A stretch of 64,000 nucleotides of DNA, from positions 5,127,929-5,191,928 of the forward strand of contig OZ037769.1 in the NCBI GenBank assembly GCA_964035545.1, written 5' to 3'. The notes beneath the pieces are model-generated. The model was given only the letters and a program-made list of their open reading frames with translations, was not told the DNA's origin and ran no database searches. The stretch is from Bugula neritina. Taxonomy: Eukaryota; Animalia; Bryozoa. Each line of letters opens with the position of its first letter. The stretch's first letter is position 1. The translations under genes were made by a program, and so were the position numbers. Positions 46,930 through 60,870 of this stretch are shown in pieces.

Positions 46930-48960
46930 ATGGTGTTTACCAAAGACTTTGTCAGGGACTTCTATAAAGTTATCCAAAAAGATGTATGTATCAATAAAAC
47001 GTTATTTTATATGTTATGACTCATCTGTTGTAAAACATATTCTATGTTAAATAACATTTCATGCTTCGCATTATGAGATCTTGTTTCATTATAATGTTAC
47101 CTAGTGTGTGCCATGATGGTTAGTATGTTGTAGTAGTTGGATATTATATATCAATTTTTTGTATTTTAAAAAATATTTATACAAGAAACACATTAAATTA
47201 AGCCAAATTTTTGTTCGGACAATTTTCAAAGTAAAATCAATTTGATCAAATTTTACTCCAAAAAGTTTTCAGTTTGAATTTTTCGTAATAAAATTAATAT
47301 TCAATCATGAAAATTTTAACTTGATTTCTTATTAGATATGTATTCATTATATTTGTATTATTTTATCTATTGTATGCATTTGTGTCTTTATAGAGAGTAT
47401 TAGTCCTAGTGAATCATGATGTAGATGCAATATGTGCTGCCAAAATAATACAGGTGAGGCATCATGTTTTTATTAGGTTCATCTTATGCTCACTCTGTAG
47501 CGCTGTATTCTAGCACTACACTGAGTACTAGTACTCGTACATTGGCTGGGAACTAATACTAAGCTGCTCTCAGTTATACCTAAATGGGCCATTTTACGTA
47601 ATTTAGTACACACTGGAAATCTCTAGTGTTTAGCTATTTTTCACAATTTAGCTGCTAATGAACATGGGTTTTGCCTAAAACTAGTAAAAATATCAATAAA
47701 TACACCTAAATAATCAAGGCTCTTCTTAATTTTGCTTGATTTCCTATGTTTTTCCTATTTATTTAGCTAATTCTGATTGCCGAGCGTTACGGTTATTTCG
47801 TAACAGTCCGCAATCAGAATTAGCTAAATAAATAGGAAAAACATGGGAAATCAAGGTTCTTCTTAAAATTAAGAAGAACCTTGATTATTTAGGTGTATTT
47901 ATTGATATTTTACTAGTTTTGGGCAAAAACCCATGTTCATTAGCAGCTAAATTGTGAAAAATAGCTAATAACTGGAGATTTCCAGTGTGTACTAAATTAA
48001 GTAAAAAGACCCAGATCAAGTGCCTGCTATGCCGCTCATATATTTACTACAGTTTACCACTTGATAAATGTGTTCATCCAAAGCCATAAGAATCTTGTTG
48101 TACTAGTGGCATAACACATTAACGAAACAGAATAATGATAATTTATATATTAGAAGCATCACAATCTTACCAAAGATGCCGAAAACAAATGTTGAAATAC
48201 TTATACTGGCAAGACTAAATATCGCCCAGCACCACTGGCAGTCGTTACCAACTCAATAATATTGTATACTACCAGTATTAGATGCCTAGCCAATGAAGAT
48301 CAACATATTTGTCAGATTTTAAATATTGCGTACGATTTTTAGCCACTAAAATATTTTGCCCGTTTCTGAATTTTTGCAATGCCATATCTGCGAAGAGTTG
48401 TATACATCAGTATGGAAACGTCTTATTGGTTTTAAGTCTGCATGGTTTAGTAGCTAATATATATATTAATCAAAGAAAGATTTTCCTGTAACTTTTTATG
48501 ACTCTCGGTCTATAAAAATATCCTCATACCTTTTTTAAAATATTGTTTTATATAATGCCGGATTATACTAAATGAATACATTCAAGTGTTCAAATGCTTT
48601 GAAGTAGTGATCTGATTTGTAAGTATATAATTGATGTAAGTTTTTCGTTAGATTTAATTCTTTTATAGTATAGCATAACATTGCCTGCTGGTTTCTCGAG
48701 AGTTTATTCAGTGCGGATGTATGACTTGTTTGCAGTGCCTGTTTACATGGGACAATGTAGTACACTCTATAGTGCCAGTGGATGGGAAGGAAGAAATAGA
48801 AGCTGCGTACATGGAGCATGTAGAAGGGGTCAGCAATCTCTACTATGTTATATGTTATATATTATATAATATGAGTATATCTATCTTATTGTATGCAGTA
48901 TACTATATATACTATTATATACTATATCTATGCTATTAGTCTATTATATATCATTATGTG

Positions 48961-48998
<38 letters not shown>

Positions 48999-51900
48999 TA
49001 TTTTATGCAGTATACTATATCTATGCTATTATAATATATAATAGTATATTATCTATACTAATGTATGTAATGCAGAGTTTTTGTTATGGACTCCCTTTAA
49101 GTATAGATGTGCCTTCATCGTCCAGTGTTAGTTAAATTTGTTTTAAATGGGTTTCTTAATAAATATGGCTCCATTATTCTTTTGTATAAGTTGATAATTT
49201 AGAATTTCCAGTTCGCAATGTTTGCTCTTTTTGCTTTAGCTATTTATTGAAAGATAAAAAGTTTTGCCGATTCGATTTTAACCTATTGTGTTTTTGATGT
49301 TCATCTTTTACCTGCTGAAGTTTGCAAAATATAATCAAAATGTATGTGTGGATTCATAAGTAAAGTTAATAATTTATTCTACCTTTGTAGGTGAAGTATG
49401 TGCTCTTTCTAAACTGTGGGGGCTGTCTAGACTTGGTAGATATACTACAGCCAGATCCTGAAATAGTCTTCTTCATACTAGACAGGTAAGTTAACATCCT
49501 GGTATATGTATTATACTGTGTATATTACTATATATTACTATACACTAGTATATGCATTATACTGTGTATATTACTATATGTTACTATACACTAGTATATG
49601 TATTATACCGTGTATATTACTATATATTACTATACACTAGTATATGCATTATACTGTGTATATTACTATATATTACTATACACTAGTATATGCATTATAC
49701 TGTGTATATTACTATATGTTACTATACACTAGTATATGTATTATACCGTGTATATTACTATATATTACTATACACTAGTATATGTATTATACTGTGTATA
49801 TTACTATATATTACTATACACTAGTATATGTATTATACTGTGTATATTACTATATATTACTATACACTAGTATATGTATTATACTGTGTATATTACTATA
49901 TGTTACTATACACTAGTATATGTATTGTACTGTGTATATTACTATATGTTACTATACTCTAGTATATGTATTATACTGTGTATATTACTATATGTTACTA
50001 TACACTAGTATATGTATTATACTGTGTATATTACTATATGTTACTATACACTAGTATATGTATTATACTGTGTATATTACTATATGTTACTATACACTAG
50101 TATATGCATTATACTGTGTATATTACTATATGTTACTATACACTAGTATATGTATTATACTGTGTATATTACTATATGTTACTATACGCTAGTATATGTA
50201 TTGTACTGTGTATATTACTATATATTACTATACGCTAGTATATGCATTATACTGTGTATATTACTATATGTTACTATACACTAGTATATGTATTGTACTG
50301 TGTATATTACTATATATTACTATACACTAGTATATTATGTATTATACTGTGTATATTTAATAAATTCATATTAATGAAAGGCACTTGTAGCAGTGAATGA
50401 AAATGCTTGCTGCTGGTGTGAATTCTTTTAATTGAAAATGCTGTCAATACGAACCTATTTCCTTCATTTACTCGAAATTTCACTTAGCTAATAAAATCAT
50501 TCTGTAATACCAAGATAATGTCACATTTAGCTGAAACTAACTTGGTCATTTTACTTAATTTAGTACACACTGCATATCTCTAGTTTTTAGCTATTTTTTA
50601 CAGTTAAGCTACTAATATATATAGTTTCTTGCACAAAACTGATAAAATAATGACAGCTAAATAAGCTAGGTTTTTTCTAATTTTGCTTGATTTCCTATGT
50701 TTTATCCTATTTTCTTAGTAACTTTGGTTGTTCGGGCTCGATGAAAAAAGCATTACGCCCTCACACTCAAATTACTAAATGCAAGAAACTATATGCATTA
50801 GTGGCTAAACTGTGAAACCGCTAAAAACTAGAGATACGCAGTGTGTACCAAATTAGGTAAAATGACACAACTCGTCTTTTTATGGGATTTTATCTGCAAT
50901 TCTACCTGCCATTTAGTAGGTTAATAGAATTCACGTTTGAGGCTGACAAATTGTGTATTATTGATATACTCAACGAGTTCTCCATTCACTCTGTTACTAT
51001 ACATAAATGTAGCCATCGACCTATCAGTGTAGAGAACATATACAATGCTGTGCAGACGAGAATAGTGTTACGACAAGAAGAAGTTGACCAAGATATACCT
51101 GACTATGAAGATGTGTTCAGAGATGATGAGGTAAACTTCAACAACATTCTAGTGTATATTCATATACTAATATCTCTCTCCTAGTAATAGTGTCTTTCTC
51201 CTTATAATAGTATCACTATACTTGTACTACTTTCTCTTAGTATTAGTATCACTATACTTGTACTACTATGACTATCACTATACTTATACTAGTATCACTC
51301 TACTTATACTAGTATCACTATACTTGTACTGATGAATGTCGTAATACTACTCTATATCTATGTTAACAATATTCTACTCCTTTGTGCTAGCAATATTTTT
51401 GTGTTTTGTTTCGATATTGACAGAGCATAATTGTACTAGTCATAACTTTTACTCGTGTCAGTGACTGTGATTTACTTGTGTTACTCAACAGTCTGAATCT
51501 GAGGGAGATGACTCCGATATCGATGAAGATAGCAGGAAAAGACAGAGATTTGATGCCAAGTATTTGGAAAAACGCCAAGAAAAGCGGGCCTGGAATGATA
51601 ATAGGTACAGTGTTTCTTATTGGATGCATATGTTGGTTTTTATTCTTCGGGCAAGTCTAATACAATGTCAGTATTTTGAAGTGCATCTTTTACTTTGTCA
51701 TGTTAATTGTGAAAACATTCTTTTGTATCTTAATGACTTTCAATTCTATTTACGATGCAATTAACAGGAAATGGAGCAATTGTAATAAAATACCTTTTAT
51801 ACATTTTTATAAATTAAACCTGATACCAAATTCTACCATAATCTACTATCTTCTAAACTGCATCCACTTCAACAGCATATTTCTATATATAAATATTTTA

Positions 51901-54900
51901 CGGTCTTGTATTTTGGCAGAATTGAAGTACTTAGTAAATACATGTCCACCTGTCACACGGGTGCCTCGTCGGCCCTCACTATGTATACTATAGCTTTCAC
52001 CATGAGCGAGGATACAGTAGAGATGCTATGGTATGAAACCACCATTATTATAATAATCATTAGGCTGTTGTGTAGTTGGTTGTAAGAATTTACTTTATTA
52101 CTGAACAGAGTTTACGATGCCAACTACTTTTTTTAGTTTGTACTAGCAATTCTGTAATCTTTGTTTTGTCACTGCAAATGATTTTCAGCTCAATTCTGAA
52201 CTAACTACTGGGTTGTAGACACTAGTTTGATCAATGCTCTGGTTTTAGTGTGTAGAATATTCATGGTGTTATAATAGTTATTATTAATTGTCATTGGTAG
52301 CAATTAGAATAGCTATGTTGAAGTATAGTTAATTAAACAAAGCTGATTAATGGGATTATCATAATTAGGTTAAAATAATTATTAATAATCATAATGCGTA
52401 ATTTAAGTTACTTGACTGGAATGAATAGTGGCATTATTATAACTACTAATTAATGCTAAAATACCTCACAAATGATATTTTGTTGAAAGGTGGTCTTTTA
52501 ATGGCATATTATTTTGGAGATGTAGCGAAATAGCGAGTATATAGTATCACCATACCAGGTTTTACTTTACAGGTGGGCCATTATAGGTGTTACGTCACAG
52601 TTTATTTTCACCCGAGTTGATCACGACCATTACTTTGATAATGTGGTGGCTCTTCAAGACCACGTCAGTAGAGTCTCCAAAAGGTCTATATATATAGTTA
52701 CGGTAGTTTTATTACTCTTGATAGTGATGCTAATATTATTGGTGCTAGTCTTGGTACACACCCATTTTAAATAATTATTGTTATTACTCTGCCCATGTAT
52801 ACGTTTAATTTAGATGAAATATTTTAATTACTTGTTACAGAATTGAAGGTTTGAACACAATTTATTGACTGACACTATTAAAATTGTGTCAAAATGGTGC
52901 ATGCCTATGCAGATTCTATCTGAGACTTGTTTCTTGTACTTTTTAACAATTGTAACTTGCTTAGAAGTTTTATTTTCATCCTAATTTCCTCAACTTCCCC
53001 GCTCTATTCCCTTTCTCGTTGTGCTGCAGGTACGACGACATTGATGTCGAGTACTCAATGAGTAGTTTGCGCTTGTCGTTCGAAAATGACATCATGGCCG
53101 ACCTGTATCGACATTGGAACCTGTACGACAGTCTCAGCCACTCCCTCTACACTGCTACACAGTTTAAAATATGGAGTCTCAAAGGAAAAAGCAGATTTCA
53201 CGAGTTTCTGGCTGTCATGGGGTGAGCGAGATTATTTTGTATGCGTGGCTGAAATCGGTTTCATATTGACCTGATTAGCAGCTGGATTAACAACCACTAG
53301 TTCTAGTTATATTCTATTATAGTTTTATGATGCAGTAATGCATGTTCAGAGTTGTTTTTTCATTGTTGCGTTAAATTAGAACTATATATTATATTATAAA
53401 AGAACTCACACGAAATTTCCCTGTGAGAAATTCTGATGGAAAGGGTTTTTGTTGAAGCGGGCTAAGGACTTATTCATATGAGGCACAGGAGTAATTATGA
53501 CTGGATGCTCTTCCTACCATCACCTATGGCTTTTGTCCGAGCTCGAACCAATAACCTCGTGTTTACTAGGCAACCGCTCTAACCCCTAGACAACGGCTGC
53601 CCCTTAAATTAGAATTATATTATACACACCAATAAAAAAGCCCTTCTTAAGCATATCTTCCTTATGGACAACTATCAGTTTTTACTTTTAATATAACCAG
53701 TTCTCTGCGACTTGTAGGTTGCCATTGACGCAATGTAAACAAAAGTTCAGTAGTATGGAGCCGGCGTTACGTAATAACTTGAAGTCACTCATTGGAGATC
53801 ACAGTGATAAATTCAACTTGGACCAGAACAACATATTTATACCGACGTTTGTTGCGAGTATGGGGTATAGAAGTAAGATCTCCGCTGTAGACTGTGCTCT
53901 AGTGTGCGCTGCCATGTTGGAGAATTGTGTAAGTTCACACATTTATATGTACTTTTGAATTTATTTCGAAGTCATATAGTGCCTGTCATTGTTTCAATTA
54001 GAATAGAGTTACGTTATATATTCTGCAATCAATAAAGATTGGAAAAATGTAATAAATACATTTACAGTATATTTATGCCTTAAACAATTGCCCCATGAAA
54101 TAGGTTATTTGTGGAACTAATTTATATTTATATAGAATGTATGTTGAAATTGAAAAATGTATTTATGCTTTAATAATGTACCCGGTAAACAGTTTCCCCA
54201 TGGAATATGTTATCTGATACTAATTTCCTTATAAATTGAGTAACTATACACCTGTCAGGTAATATAACAAGTTATTATTGGTTGTAAGGTGGTTGTCTTT
54301 CATTGATAGTGACATTGTTTTACATTTGCTCATGGATACTTGCTTAATACAGTGTATTGAAATAGTTTTACTATCACAGCTATAAAATCTGTTGATGAAT
54401 CATAAGGCGATACTGAGTAAATTTAGGAGTTGTTTACTATTGATTGATCATCTCCATCAATAATGGTACTGCCAACTTTTCATCATATTTTTGTATAATT
54501 TTAGTGTGAAATAGACACCATGGAAAAGTTTCACCGAGCTTCTGATGTACTAAACAGGTGAGACTATTTTAGTTATTGAATGTTTGGGATATTTGTTATA
54601 TAGGCCTACGTATAATACCAACCAATACTTTAGTATTGCTCGAGATGCAAAATTTGAAAGTTAATCTTTTTTAAAACCTCTATTCAAAATATGTTCAATT
54701 GTAGAAGTTTTTTGTATTTAAGTTGTTTTTTGACTTGTTCAGGGAATGTTGGGTTACTTTTCTAATATATGAGAATGGCTGCTTTTGTATAGTTTCAAAT
54801 GTCTGTAATGCATGCCTTCGTGTATGGAATGCGTCTTTATAATATTGTCTTACTGCCACCTCTTGACATAGTTTTGACTTGACTTACCAAATCTAGTAAA

Positions 54901-57900
54901 ATAGACTGTGAGAAGACTTAATATCCTCTTCTAATATTGTTATACTTTATTTTTTAGTAGCATGTTTTTACAATAGTGTAGGGAGCAGCTGTGGTCTAGG
55001 GGTTCGAGTGTTTGCCCAATAAGCACGGAGCCATGAACCTTAGTAAAGGCTATTAGTGATGATAGGAAGAGCATACAGTCATAATTGCGTCCATGCTGCA
55101 TTTGAATAAGTCCTTAGACCGAATTAAAAAAACCCCTTCCATCAAGGGTTTTCTCACAGGGGTGGTGACTGTAGACTTGTGTGAGTGAGTTTTTATGTTC
55201 AAACGCCAGTGTATGCTATAATAGTAGCATATCGCTGTCTTCTTCAGGGGAGATCAGGCAGTATTTGACAGAGACGTGAGTCAGGCCATCAAACTCCAGT
55301 CTATCATCATGTCGCAGGTGCAGTTTCTGCTCAGCACTAACGCCATTACACCGGCTCACTACTTCCTCTACGCCATCATATCGGAGGTAATCTTCTTCAC
55401 GTTGAGATAGTTTACGTTTTATTGGTTTTTTCCTTTTATGGTGTTAGTTTTTTGATTGGAAATTGTTTTCTTTTCAAGATTACATGAACCTAGACTTTGT
55501 CTTATGCTAGTTTTTTCATCAAATATCATATAGTATCTTCAAATATATTTCAGGGCTCACCCGAATCTATATATTTTCGATCTCCAATTCTTCTAGAAAG
55601 ATTAGCTCACTTTACCCTGGAGGCTTTCATAGCTAGTGACGTACGTATTTGTAATGTCACCCATATTTGACGAGCTTGCATGTGTTTATAGTTGCTATCC
55701 ATGTTAGAACCACCAAAAATGACTTTTTCAGTGTGTTAAAGACTTGTTTTCTATTGTGGAATGCCCCTGGTTATATAATTGCATTACTATATCAAGTTAC
55801 GGATTGCACAGTTAAACCTGTTCTATCCATCATCGTTAACATACTTGCCTTATAGAAATGCAGTGCTAAACGTAAAGAGCTACCTCTGATTTTAATCTGC
55901 CCTCTCAGCTTGAAGTCGGGCAAATCCATAGTTGTGGGAATTCCTCCTATAGACACCATTAAAAGTGATAACTGTAGAAAGTAAGTAAAGCTTTCTACTT
56001 CTTGTAATGGTGAGTTACTAGAAATATGGCAGGTTTGGGGCAGTAAGATTTTAATAGGAATAGCTGTATACAGATTTCATCATGGCTGTTGTAACATGAA
56101 ACTCAAAGAACCATCTCGTGGTGAAAGAAATCTCAAAGCCCATTGTAATGTTCCAGTAATCTTTTTCTTTAACATTTCTTGATGTTAAGACGTATCTTGC
56201 TCATCTAAAAGGAGGTATTTTCTTGACTTGTTTATTTCTATAGTCTTTTTGTAGACCGCTGTTATGATTTATAGGTTCTATTATGTACCGCAAACATCAA
56301 CAACTGTATTTTTTCTCAACGATCATTTGAAGTAATATCATGGTATAGGCTACATTCTGGAATGCAAAAGGCTTACTAAATGTTAGTTTCACTCTCAATA
56401 TCTTCTAATGAACTCAGCTGACTGGGTCTATATATCTGTAACCTTGCCACAGTAAGCGTAAAGTGTCGTCAGAAACAATGGAATATTCGGATTAAAAGCA
56501 CAATTTTAGTTTTTTTGAATTATCTGTCAAGTGATTTCAGAAATTTTCACAGCAAGCAATTTAGCAAATCAGTAGGTTACAATACATGGTATTTGGAAGT
56601 TATTGACACCAGATGTGGTCATTTAGTCACTACTAAGTATGCTTGTGGCATCGACTCAACAAGTCTCTCAAAGTACTTGGGTGTAATGCTTTTTATCCAA
56701 ACATGTTTCAGGATTTTTTCAAATAGTCCGAAATTAGTAACAGATCATTTTAGCACTTGAAAATTTATGATTCCTGAAGATTATTAGAATTAATTTTGCT
56801 TTATTTCTCATGTTTTTTCTTAATTATTCAGCTACTTTTGGTTGCAGACCGTTACAGTATTTTCGTAATGGTCCGCACTCCTAATAAGCTAAACATATAA
56901 GATAAAACATGAGAAATCAAGCAAAATTAAGAAGAGCCCTAATTGTTTCGGTGTATTTATTGTTGCTTTATTAGTTTTGGGCAAAAAGCCATGTTCATTA
57001 CCATCTAAGTTGTGAAAAATAGCTAAAAAATGGAGATTTCAGTGTGTACTAAATTAAGTAAAATGACCCGCATGCAATTCTAAAACTGTGTTCAGTCATG
57101 GTCAAGTTGGTTGTGATATTTTAGTTTTAGATATTTAATACTAAATGTGTTGTGTAATTAGACAGTCCTGTTTTGAGTAGTTTTTACACGACCCAGTCTT
57201 TTGTTGATATTGCGTGCAGTAGACTAATTTCATTTGTTTTTGTAGCATTTTTGGGGAGGTGTTCAAACAAGTCCGAGAGAATGTTCAGTGTCGAACCAAT
57301 CACAACTCTTTTGACAGCCACGGTAAGTCATGATTTATAGTCTAGCCATTTGATATGCTGTGTACTGGGGAGAAAATGTGAGTTTGTTGCATTGAATGTC
57401 ACCAGTATCAACAGATGTTCTTCTGAATTGCAGCAGTTTGTGTCTCTAAGCTGAACCAGCAATTGAGATGAATGCCAGAAATTTAATTTTCAGTTCTGAA
57501 AATGTTGACTATATTGCATGAAATTTTCATATAAATTAACTGTTCTTTTATCATGAAACATTGGTTTGATCGGAAAATGATCAATGATACACAACATAAA
57601 AGTTAAAAAATTTCCAAATTTGTTTGCTTAAACTGCCAAAAAAACCCTGGTAGGTATAAAAATTTATTTTAACGAAAGGACTTTTTTGTATGGCATCTGT
57701 AACTTGCACTTACAACGGGCCTTGTCAAGAAATATGCTTGTTCCCTGCAAGTTTGCATCCCTCAAATGCTCAACTAATCGTTATGGATAGGTGTGTAACT
57801 ACTGTATTTGTAATATTGAAAAATATCACTCACAGTAATATTTGTAAGATTGAAAAAATATCACTCACAGTAGGTGCAATGTTGAATATGTAAGTGGAAA

Positions 57901-58054
57901 CTGTAGGGCCTAGAGCCTGCTACTGTCCACCATTTGCTCAATTACTTTGGCTGGAACCGAGAAACTTTAGCTGTCGAATGTCTTTGCAGTTATAGAACTG
58001 ATGAGGGAAGACCAGGAGCAGTTTCTGGAAGGCCTTCTGGACGTGTTGAGTTGA
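46930..58054 (+). CDS. CDC45: DNA replication initiation factor CDC45 (CMG helicase subunit), 15 coding exons
   Basis: Exons (approx.): 46930-46983 MVFTKDFVRDFYKVIQKD; 47394-47453 RVLVLVNHDVDAICAAKIIQ; 48736-48828; 49391-49485 FLNCGGCLDLVDILQP..FFILDS; 51013-51130 HRPISVENIYN; 51492-51604; 51920-52030; 52573-52683 WAIIGVTSQ; 53030-53221 LYRHWNLYDSL; 53718-53928; 54505-54557; 55248-55386; 55554-55640; 55855-55980; 57246-57322; 57990-58054 VIELMREDQEQFLEGLLDVLS-stop. Motifs are collinear with metazoan CDC45. Confidence 0.95.
47586..48012. mobile_element. Palindromic (hairpin) MITE in a CDC45 intron
   Basis: ~200-bp arms GGGCCATTTTACGTAATTTAGTACACACTGGA... and ...TCCAGTGTGTACTAAATTAAGTAAAAAGACCC around a very short spacer. 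Confidence 0.85.
48962..48997. repeat. (TA)n microsatellite in an AT-rich low-complexity intron tract
   Basis: Read directly. Confidence 0.9.
49503..50355. repeat. 46-bp minisatellite, ~18 copies, in a CDC45 intron
   Basis: Unit TATATGYATTATACTGTGTATATTACTATATRTTACTATACACTAG. Confidence 0.95.
50543..50868. mobile_element. Second copy of the palindromic MITE family
   Basis: GGTCATTTTACTTAATTTAGTACACACTGC...GCAGTGTGTACCAAATTAGGTAAAATGAC inverted ends. Confidence 0.8.
53400..53603 (-). mobile_element. tRNA-derived SINE copy
   Basis: Near full-length reverse complement of the family (...TTATGACTGGATGCTCTTCC...CTCGAACC...CGGCTGCCCC). Confidence 0.85.
54980..55195 (+). mobile_element. tRNA-derived SINE copy
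   Basis: GGAGCAGCTGTGGTCTAG head, AGGAAGAGCATACAGTCATAA core and family tail. Confidence 0.82.
56790..57069. mobile_element. Partial third copy of the palindromic MITE family
   Basis: Ends in CAGTGTGTACTAAATTAAGTAAAATGACCC; left arm truncated. Confidence 0.75.
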
Positions 58055-60679
58055 GCAAACTATTGGATTGGGGCTTCAACAGTTCTCTGATTTTATCGCT
58101 GCTTTAATATAGATATTACTCTTATGTTTTTTATGTGATGATTTATTTATAAACCGTATGTTAATAGAGTATTTAGTAAGTGAAGCTCTTACACTTTATG
58201 TGAATGGCTCAAATTTGATACGAAATTAGTAATTGCGCTATTTGTAGTGAAGAAATTAGTAAATATTGATTTTAATACTTTTATTTTCTTTTATTTGATA
58301 ATGTCCTGTTTTAAAAATCTTAAATTTTCAGATAAAAAGTCATTTTTAGTAAAATTCTGATGATTTATCAATTTAGTTATATGTTGTAAATATCAATGAA
58401 ATAAATTATTTATTTTAAATCTTAATTCAACAACTTTAAGATTTAAATGGAAAAGATGACCATTTATGTATTTACATTTAACTTGTGATGCAAATATTTT
58501 TAACGAATAGGTTAGGGGAATGGCTTTTATAGAATCAGAGAATGACACTATGATAATTCTTATAATTTAATCTATGCTAACTCATTTCTCATGCATTTTG
58601 TAGCCTGTTGATGAATTGTAGGCGCACACTATATATTTTGTATATATCATGAAAGTTGAGCATTTTTAACTACTTGGACACTAACAACCACCTTTAGTTG
58701 GGAGAGACCAGCGCTTTTATTCAGCAATATAAGAATGCAAATTTATTTTTTATGATATAATAATAATACAACAATTAAATATTAGCATTTTCAGGTATAG
58801 GGTGATAACCTAGCGCAAATAATCAAGTTGAGAATACCACAATAATTGTGCTTAACATACTGCAGATTTTATAAATGGGTTTCACTTTATGATAATAATA
58901 TTACTTTGTAGTAAACTCAACAATTAACAAAAAATAATATTTATTACATTATCCTATGAGTGAACGAATTGATTTTGAGGCTTGAGGCTTCATCACTTCA
59001 AGTCTGTAAAAATTATAACAGCTAAGGACCAAATGGAAACAAAGTTGTAGTTACGATAATAAACCAACGTATATCTGTTAAAACCCACCAGGAAGAAAGC
59101 AGGGACTACCAAACCCTAAGTATGTCAATCTATTAGCCACATGTTTTCCTAATATTTTTTCAGTAAGAAATATAAATTTACACTGCAAGGATTAACGGCA
59201 CTAGTCCATGATTTATTGCCTTTTTTTACTTATATATACAGTTTCAATTTTGATCCAGCTCCAGTCATGTCTATCTAAATAGGTGAGATCCTGAAGCTAC
59301 AGAATAATTATGACATTGACAAAATTAATGATGATACTTAAGGATTCAAAATATATAAGTATACGGTAACAAATGTTCAAAAACTGTGATTCAGCTTAGC
59401 GTTGCCGATTGTGAGGTAAATGCTTTAGAGTTCATTAATTATAAGAACTAAATTATTTTTGCAGAGTTGTCTTTTCTAACCAATAATGGCATTCAATATC
59501 CTCTGGTAACTGAATAAACAGATTCCTGGGTGTTTCTGTAGTTTCAGATAATAAATAGATTATGGTTCTATTTTTATACCACCATAATATAATAAAATCT
59601 GTGCTGTTCAATTTTTTTCAAAAATGCAACATCTTGCAATGGCTGCAGTTATCCTTGAAAGCTATTTAAGATGAAGGTTACCCTTCCTGCTATAAATTTA
59701 CTGGTCAGTTAATATTATCTTATAGTACCTGCGGCAACATGCTAGAAATATTTTATTTTACTGGGGCGCATATTGTATGCTACCTATATAATAACATTCT
59801 GCATTCTAATGGACAACAATTTCAATCGTACACCAAGTTCTGTTGCTATGTAAATGACGTTACTGATAAAAAACACTGACCAATAGGAATTATGGTACAC
59901 TGATATTTATATGCATGTCGCACTTCACGGTTACCATGCAGTAATTGGAATATAGCAAAACTGTTGTCTTACTGATATGGCTGGTATTTGAAACTGATAC
60001 TGTTTTTTGAAAGCTGTAGCTTAGGTTCCACTTTAAACTGTTGAGTGAGTATAATTTTAGTAAACTCATTAAATTTTTAGTTATTTCAGTCTAATTTTGT
60101 AAGGTTATAAACAATATTGTCTGTTGAAATATATGCTTATAGCATAAACTAATATAGTTTGGCTCCACCTTGCTTTTACTAAGCTAATGTAATATCATAA
60201 GCTACATTAACTCGGGCAGTGGTTAATTGTTTTTCTAGACATGTGGTTGTTACAGGATCAAGATTGTGTAGATTATCAACAAGTACCATACAAAAGAATT
60301 ACTGAAATGACAAATCTAAAAATAATCACTTAGGCATGCGTATCAACTTCATGTATCATTGGTTTGCTGGATTCAGATGATGGCAATACATCTCTAGGGA
60401 TTGTTGGCTGAACTGTGATACACTCTATACATGATGGTGAAGTGTCAGATACAACGAAGCAAGGAGTCTCTCCTCATCTTATGCGCTGGGGTTTGTGTTT
60501 GGGTGGTCTTGAGTCTGTACATATTACACCTGTCACCTGCTGCAGACAAGCCACAGTTCTTTGTTGACAGGTTAGTTAGGTGCTAGCTTTCTAGTACTTT
60601 TCTACTATATCTCTTGACATGTCGAAAAGTTTTCAAGCTGATACTATGAATCTTTTTATAATTTAGTTGTATGTTAACT

Positions 60680-60870
60680 GATTCTAGTGTGTTTAGCTTA
60701 GTAAACATCAAGTTACTGGTTCTATCCCCAAAAGGCCATAGGTGATGTTAGGAAGGACATCCAGTCATAACTACTCTTGTGCTTCATATGAATAAGTCCT
60801 TAGCCAGATTAAAAAACTCCTTTCTATCAGGGGTTTCTCACAGGGATAGTAACTGTAAACTAGTGTGAGT
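60680..60870 (+). mobile_element. tRNA-derived SINE copy
   Basis: GGTGATGTTAGGAAGGACATCCAGTCATAA core and family tail. Confidence 0.8.

Noticed and set aside
49503-50355. Regular repeat array as a possible CRISPR
   Set aside because: Head-to-tail 46-bp units with no unique spacers and no cas genes, in a eukaryotic intron.
51478-51993. Short ORFs with hydrophobic stretches
   Set aside because: Alternative frames of CDC45 exons running into introns.
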